From positions 1-58,450 of the forward strand of contig JAERRO010000017.1 of assembly GCA_016735395.1 (NCBI GenBank): DNA of 58,450 nt, read 5' to 3'. The notes below the pieces were generated by a model that saw only the letters and a program-made list of their open reading frames with translations, was not told the origin of the DNA and did not search any database. Origin of the DNA: Alphaproteobacteria bacterium (lineage in GTDB: Bacteria; Pseudomonadota; Alphaproteobacteria; Rs-D84; JAERRO01). Shown here piece after piece: positions 54,955 to 58,450 of this stretch; positions within the stretch are counted from its first letter, which is position 1; each line of letters starts with the position of its first letter. Both the position numbers and the translations under genes were made by a program.

Positions 54955-55779
54955 TTAAGATAGGTCGTTGCAACAAAGTTTTACGATACCTGTATCATCG
55001 ATTAAAGCGGATCCTTGACTCATAGAATTACTCACGAAGAATGAAGCTCTCTCACCATGCCAAGAAATATCTGTTTTGATATCTTGAGCTACGGCGTGTC
55101 CGATAGCACTTTTATGGTAGATAAAACAAGATCGTTCATCAGAGTCAGAGATCGGCAGTTCGTTATGTAAGATCCATACGATACCCATCCATTTTCTATT
55201 TTCACTTCCGTTTAAAAGAGGGTGAGCATCGCCGACATAGTCGGACTTCACAAATTCATCCATTTGGAGAAGTTCGTTCCATTGATGAACTCCGACAACG
55301 GCAAATCTTTGTCCGTCGTCAGGGACATTCTTAGAGTTAAGTTGTTCGACGGCTTTTAAGATGATTTCTTTCGTCAGACCTGTAGAAAAGTCCCCAGAAT
55401 TTTGGGTCGTTTCATTTAGTTTATTGATAATGAGTTCGTCAGTTTTTTGCCCTAGAGCATAAGCTCCGGCACTAGCGACTACTCTTCGTTCATCTATATT
55501 AGTTTTAAGTTCGTCTAAAGCGTCGACCCAGTCTCCTGCATAATAGTCTTGAAGAAGACATTCTACAGGTTCATAAGATAGGTTCATTACAGGAACCATA
55601 CCATGGCGAGATTTAGTATTAGCGACACCTTTACCTACTTTTTGAAATACAGTGTTAGATCCGACAATATTATTTTTCGTTCTAACGGTATTACGAAGTT
55701 TTGTTCCCATTTGTTGGTAGCAACTGTGAACTTCTGCTTCAAAGTGTTTGATAAAAGCTGATTCAATGTTTACAGACAT
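54955..55779 (-). CDS. Major capsid protein (T7 gp10-like family)
   Basis: 274 aa. FIKHFEAEVHSCYQQMGTKLRNTVRTKNNIVGSNTVFQKVGKGVANTK...DWVDALDELKTNIDERRVVASAGAYALGQKTDELII parallels T7 gp10 (FLKVFGGEVLTAFARTSV...RSISSGKSAQFPVLGRTQA...IYDIEDAMNHYDVRSEYTSQLGESLAMAADGAVL). Confidence 0.6.
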   Translation of the reverse strand: MSVNIESAFIKHFEAEVHSCYQQMGTKLRNTVRTKNNIVGSNTVFQKVGKGVANTKSRHGMVPVMNLSYEPVECLLQDYYAGDWVDALDELKTNIDERRVVASAGAYALGQKTDELIINKLNETTQNSGDFSTGLTKEIILKAVEQLNSKNVPDDGQRFAVVGVHQWNELLQMDEFVKSDYVGDAHPLLNGSENRKWMGIVWILHNELPISDSDERSCFIYHKSAIGHAVAQDIKTDISWHGERASFFVSNSMSQGSALIDDTGIVKLCCNDLS

Positions 55780-55818
55780 TAAAAATCCTTTTGATTATAT
55801 ATAAAATATTTAAATTTC

Positions 55819-55835
55819 GTAGAATTTATTTCTAC
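55819..55835. promoter_or_regulatory. Inverted repeat GTAGAA-N5-TTCTAC in the capsid-gene leader
   Basis: Read directly. It lies downstream of the minus-strand TTCAAA (55886..55891)-N17-TATATA (55863..55868) promoter-like element and shares half-sites with the 9398..9411 palindrome. Confidence 0.35.
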
Positions 55836-55893
55836 ATTTATATTCGTATGACTTGACACTTATATATATTTTTTGTGCAAGTTATTTTGAATA

Positions 55894-55970
55894 TAAAAAA
55901 AGCTCATATACAGGTGATATATGAGCTTTTTTTATAGCCATAAAAAAGTCCCTCTTTTTATAGAGGGACT
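55894..55970 (-). terminator. Two tandem rho-independent terminators
   Basis: AGCTCATATA (55901..55910) / TATATGAGCT (55918..55927), flanked by A7 and T7. AGTCCCTCT (55947..55955) / AGAGGGACT (55962..55970), with a T-run on the minus strand. Confidence 0.75.
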
Positions 55971-55996
55971 TCTAATTTTTTAATGATAGATTCAGA

Positions 55997-56659
55997 TTAT
56001 TCTCTATAGAAGACACTCATTATCTGTTGATAAATAGATCTAATAGCGGATATTATAAAGAAAGATACGAAAAATGTCACGATACCCACGAAGAAACCGT
56101 ACTGCATGGCATCTACAGATGAGAGACAAAAGCTTTGCCCTTGACAGATAACGAGATATACTCTACCGAAAATATTCGTTGCATCTAGATAAGAGAATAT
56201 TCCTATAAAAGTACTAAAAAAGAAAGATATCTTAATATTAGAGACTAAAATTTTAGGAAATTTTCTTTTAGCTAATTTTTTATTATGTAGTTTCATAAAG
56301 AAGAATAAAGCAATGAACATAAACAACATACTAAACATCAGAATAGTAAAAGTCTTGACTCCGACGGCCATAGAGGCATAGAGTATTTGTCCTGTATCTT
56401 TAGGGTAAAAGTAGGAGAGTTCTCTATATTGAGTTATAAAGAAATTCAAAGACAGAACAAAAGAATAGATGAAAGATATCCAGCACCATATCTTCATAAT
56501 CAGTTGAACTCCTATGGTATTGACAACATTATTTATCTCTTTACCGATAATATTTACAGAGTTTCCTACATGTTTAGTTCTAACGATAGTAGGGTGAGTT
56601 TTACGAGCGATCGGTTTTACACTAGACTTTTTAATCTTGGCTTTGGGTGTATTAGTCAT
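55997..56659 (-). CDS. Polytopic membrane protein inserted between the scaffold and capsid genes
   Basis: 220 aa. Basic N-terminus, then ~5 hydrophobic segments. Followed by the double terminator. Confidence 0.45.
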   Translation of the reverse strand: MTNTPKAKIKKSSVKPIARKTHPTIVRTKHVGNSVNIIGKEINNVVNTIGVQLIMKIWCWISFIYSFVLSLNFFITQYRELSYFYPKDTGQILYASMAVGVKTFTILMFSMLFMFIALFFFMKLHNKKLAKRKFPKILVSNIKISFFFSTFIGIFSYLDATNIFGRVYLVICQGQSFCLSSVDAMQYGFFVGIVTFFVSFFIISAIRSIYQQIMSVFYRE

Positions 56660-56737
56660 ATTATATTCTCCTTTTATCTCTATCCTATACTATAAATTTT
56701 AAAGGTAAAGGTCAAGTAAAATTTAGATCTATATCGA

Positions 56738-57319
56738 TTATTTTTTACCGTATAAGATTGCGAACCCTTTGTCTACTTTTCTGACGACCTCTGGGTTATG
56801 TTCTCTCCAGTATTGTGGATCCTGCATTATTTTTTTGAGGGACTTTTCCGTAGGTACTGCAGACTTTTTATCTGGGTTATCGTTAAAGTCTGGTTCTTGT
56901 GCATTCATTAGATAGTACATAGACATTATACCTCTTGCCGAAGATGCTAGCAGTTTAAACTCGTCTGGTTCTAGAAAAGCGTTTCCCCATTGTTCTAGTT
57001 TATCTGCGACTTTATTCCAGGCATCTTGAGATCCAAAGAAGTCGACAATTTTGTCTACCTCGGAGGAGGAGAAGTCATCTTGAGACATTTTTTCTAGTTC
57101 TGGCAAAACGAGTTCTTCTATAATGTTGTATACTTCTTGAGCCTGTTTATTATCTAGTCCCGCCTGAATCAGTCGTTTATTTATATCAGAGTTATCCTCT
57201 AATATGTCGGACTTTATATTATATTCTGTATTAGATTTTATATTACCGTCCACATTTTTATTATCGACGGCATTGTTATCTAGAGCTACATTATTTTTAT
57301 TTATATTATTGTCTATCAT
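56738..57319 (-). CDS. Capsid assembly (scaffolding) protein-like
   Basis: 193 aa, acidic and helical. The C-terminal DPQYWREHNPEVVRKVDKGFAILYGKK resembles the conserved tail of T7-group scaffolding proteins (from memory). Confidence 0.45.
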   Translation of the reverse strand: MIDNNINKNNVALDNNAVDNKNVDGNIKSNTEYNIKSDILEDNSDINKRLIQAGLDNKQAQEVYNIIEELVLPELEKMSQDDFSSSEVDKIVDFFGSQDAWNKVADKLEQWGNAFLEPDEFKLLASSARGIMSMYYLMNAQEPDFNDNPDKKSAVPTEKSLKKIMQDPQYWREHNPEVVRKVDKGFAILYGKK

Positions 57320-57552
57320 TATTTAGTTCCTTTAGCGGTTGTTTTATTAGGGTTAAAAACGGAAAAAGTAGAAGATATCTTCTTTTTGAAGAAAATCACT
57401 CCACATAGCGAAGCTACAGTAGAGATCATCAGATCCAGATTCATATCGCCGATAGCCCAGGCAGTTATAGCAGAAATGATACCTACGATAGCAGATAGCA
57501 GAATTTTTTTATCTTTGAGGAATCCCCCGTTAGATATGGTTGAAAGTTTCAT
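57319..57552 (-). CDS. Small two-TM protein (holin candidate)
   Basis: 77 aa. Two hydrophobic segments (ILLSAIVGIISAITAWAI; MISTVASLCGVIFF) and a basic C-terminus. It overlaps both the hydrolase gene and the scaffold gene. Confidence 0.4.
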   Translation of the reverse strand: MKLSTISNGGFLKDKKILLSAIVGIISAITAWAIGDMNLDLMISTVASLCGVIFFKKKISSTFSVFNPNKTTAKGTK

Positions 57553-57989
57553 AAAAGCTCCTTGATTTTAAAATTATGATCAAACTTGTAGAAGACAAGA
57601 GGATTGATCTCGATTATAGGTAACCAGTCAAGAGTCCACTCCGGGGATTCTGACAGGTGGTGAAAAGCGGTACTACCAAGAGTTCTATCGTGGAGTAAAC
57701 CCGAGCAGGCTCTTCTAGCAGTTCTCAAGCAAACTTGAAATTCTGGATCGTAGATAGGCACTTGCATCGGTTGAATTTTTTTAGAGTTCCAGGAATTAAA
57801 CAATTTGGTATCTCGCAAAATTTCATTCAGAGGGATATTATCATCGTTAGCCCTATTGACGATCATAGTTGCAAGAGCCTCTTTTACTCCTAGTTGCAGT
57901 GTAATCGTTTCGGTCATGATTACTCTAGCCATGAGATAAATCATAGTTTCGAGATTTTCATTACAAAGATGGTCGCAAAGTTGCGTCAT
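57549..57989 (-). CDS. Cell-wall hydrolase (SleB/Hydrolase_2-like endolysin candidate)
   Basis: 146 aa. IYLMARVIMTETITLQLGVKEALATMIVNRAND...LFNSWN follows the SleB-type pattern (A..i..Ea..e...G..AVa.Vi.NR......qF..w). AAGGAG RBS upstream. Confidence 0.5.
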   Translation of the reverse strand: MTQLCDHLCNENLETMIYLMARVIMTETITLQLGVKEALATMIVNRANDDNIPLNEILRDTKLFNSWNSKKIQPMQVPIYDPEFQVCLRTARRACSGLLHDRTLGSTAFHHLSESPEWTLDWLPIIEINPLVFYKFDHNFKIKELL

Positions 57990-58024
57990 AGTCTCTCCTT
58001 AAAAATAGAATAGTTAATATGGCA

Positions 58025-58050
58025 CAAAAAAAAGACGGAAATTCCGTCTT
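58025..58050 (-). terminator. Rho-independent terminator upstream of the lysis/structural operon
   Basis: The minus strand reads AAGACGGAA-t-TTCCGTCTT followed by T8-9. Confidence 0.8.
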
Positions 58051-58129
58051 AACTTATACCTATTTAAAAGGGCACAATCGTCCCTAGCTAAAAACAGTAT
58101 ATCATATATTTACATAAAAATCAAGAGAT

Positions 58130-58450
58130 TTATTTTTCAGTGGTACACTTTTCACGAACTGTGTCTATCATATCGTTGTATTGTCGAATAATTTTTCTAT
58201 CAAGGGACGGATACTTATTTTCATGCAAAGCATATATCTTCAGATGTTTAATCTTACTTTTATACGAGTAGCAGTCCATTCCGTTACTAGGAGTCTTGAC
58301 AGGAATCATCCTATAGAACAATGATGGCCATATCAAGAATATTATAGGAATTATGACTATGAATGGTATAAAAATCTTTAAAAGAACTTTTAATCTACTA
58401 TTGATATTTTTATTTTTCGTTAAAATTTTTTTATTTTTCGTTAATTTTTT
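58130..58450 (-). CDS. Membrane-anchored hypothetical protein, 5' end outside the window
   Basis: The ORF-track TTG start at 58336 sits in a frame that stays open to the window edge (hand translation ...KKLTKNKKILTKNKNINSRLKVLLKIFIPFIVIIPIIFL-IWPSLF...). It shows a basic repeat (14-bp DNA repeat at 58410..58444) plus one TM. Confidence 0.4.
   Translation of the reverse strand, partial: KKLTKNKKILTKNKNINSRLKVLLKIFIPFIVIIPIIFLIWPSLFYRMIPVKTPSNGMDCYSYKSKIKHLKIYALHENKYPSLDRKIIRQYNDMIDTVREKCTTEK

Larger units (their letters stand above)
44306..57989 (-). mobile_element. T7-like (podovirus-type) portal/terminase/tail/capsid/scaffold/lysis gene cluster: cryptic prophage remnant or domesticated particle locus
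   Basis: Co-oriented minus-strand genes carry by-eye similarity to T7 gp8, gp9, gp10, gp11, gp12, the gp17 N-terminus and gp19, plus a SleB-type hydrolase. No integrase, replication or RNAP genes lie in the window. The cluster is bounded by serS on one side and a strong terminator at 58025..58050 on the other. Confidence 0.6.

Noticed and set aside
57990-58024. TTAA-rich leader of the lysis/structural operon, inspected for a CtrA-type TTAA-N7-TTAA box (GTA-style regulation)
   Set aside because: The spacing found was N11, not N7. No convincing CtrA box was seen here or at the other cluster promoters.

Overview
AT-rich (~30% GC by eye) bacterial chromosome segment using the standard genetic code. 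A classic prfB CTT-TGA-C +1 frameshift is present. An alphaproteobacterial origin, possibly an intracellular or host-associated lineage, is suggested by a DUF1013 protein, an alpha-type SspB, a GAAC-N7-GAAC SOS box in front of a LexA-like gene, and 17-kDa-antigen-style glycine-zipper proteins. All homology calls are by-eye motif recognition; nothing was computed. Layout: (1) 1-7.9 kb is a defence-island-like region. It holds type I R-M hsdS/hsdR, a Panacea (DUF4065) antitoxin-like gene with no intact toxin, and a translationally coupled multi-TM + TIR-like (DUF1863/ThsB-type) gene pair. These sit inside a mosaic of duplicated promoter and 3'-end modules. (2) 8-12.2 kb carries a PIF1-like helicase, an orphan phage tail-fibre module and an FkbM methyltransferase. 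(3) 12.3-44.2 kb is housekeeping: ligA, fabI, two tRNA-Arg, argS, sspB, rpoD, prfB, tRNA-Asp, obg, mrcA, lexA-like, ompA-family, secG, accBC, an ABC exporter, rplU-rpmA and serS. It is interspersed with lineage-specific secreted or paralogous families. (4) 44.3-58 kb is a T7-like (podovirus-type) portal/terminase/tail/capsid/scaffold/lysis cluster. No replication, integrase or internal-core genes are visible. Its TerL is split in two, its tail-fibre gene is a stub, and it is interrupted by tRNA-Phe, a degenerate FtsZ-like gene and a prepilin-like gene. The top candidates for novelty are the TM+TIR pair, the FtsZ-like pseudo-GTPase operon, and the apparently domesticated or dispersed T7-like particle genes. 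No rRNA, CRISPR array, transposase or integrase was seen.
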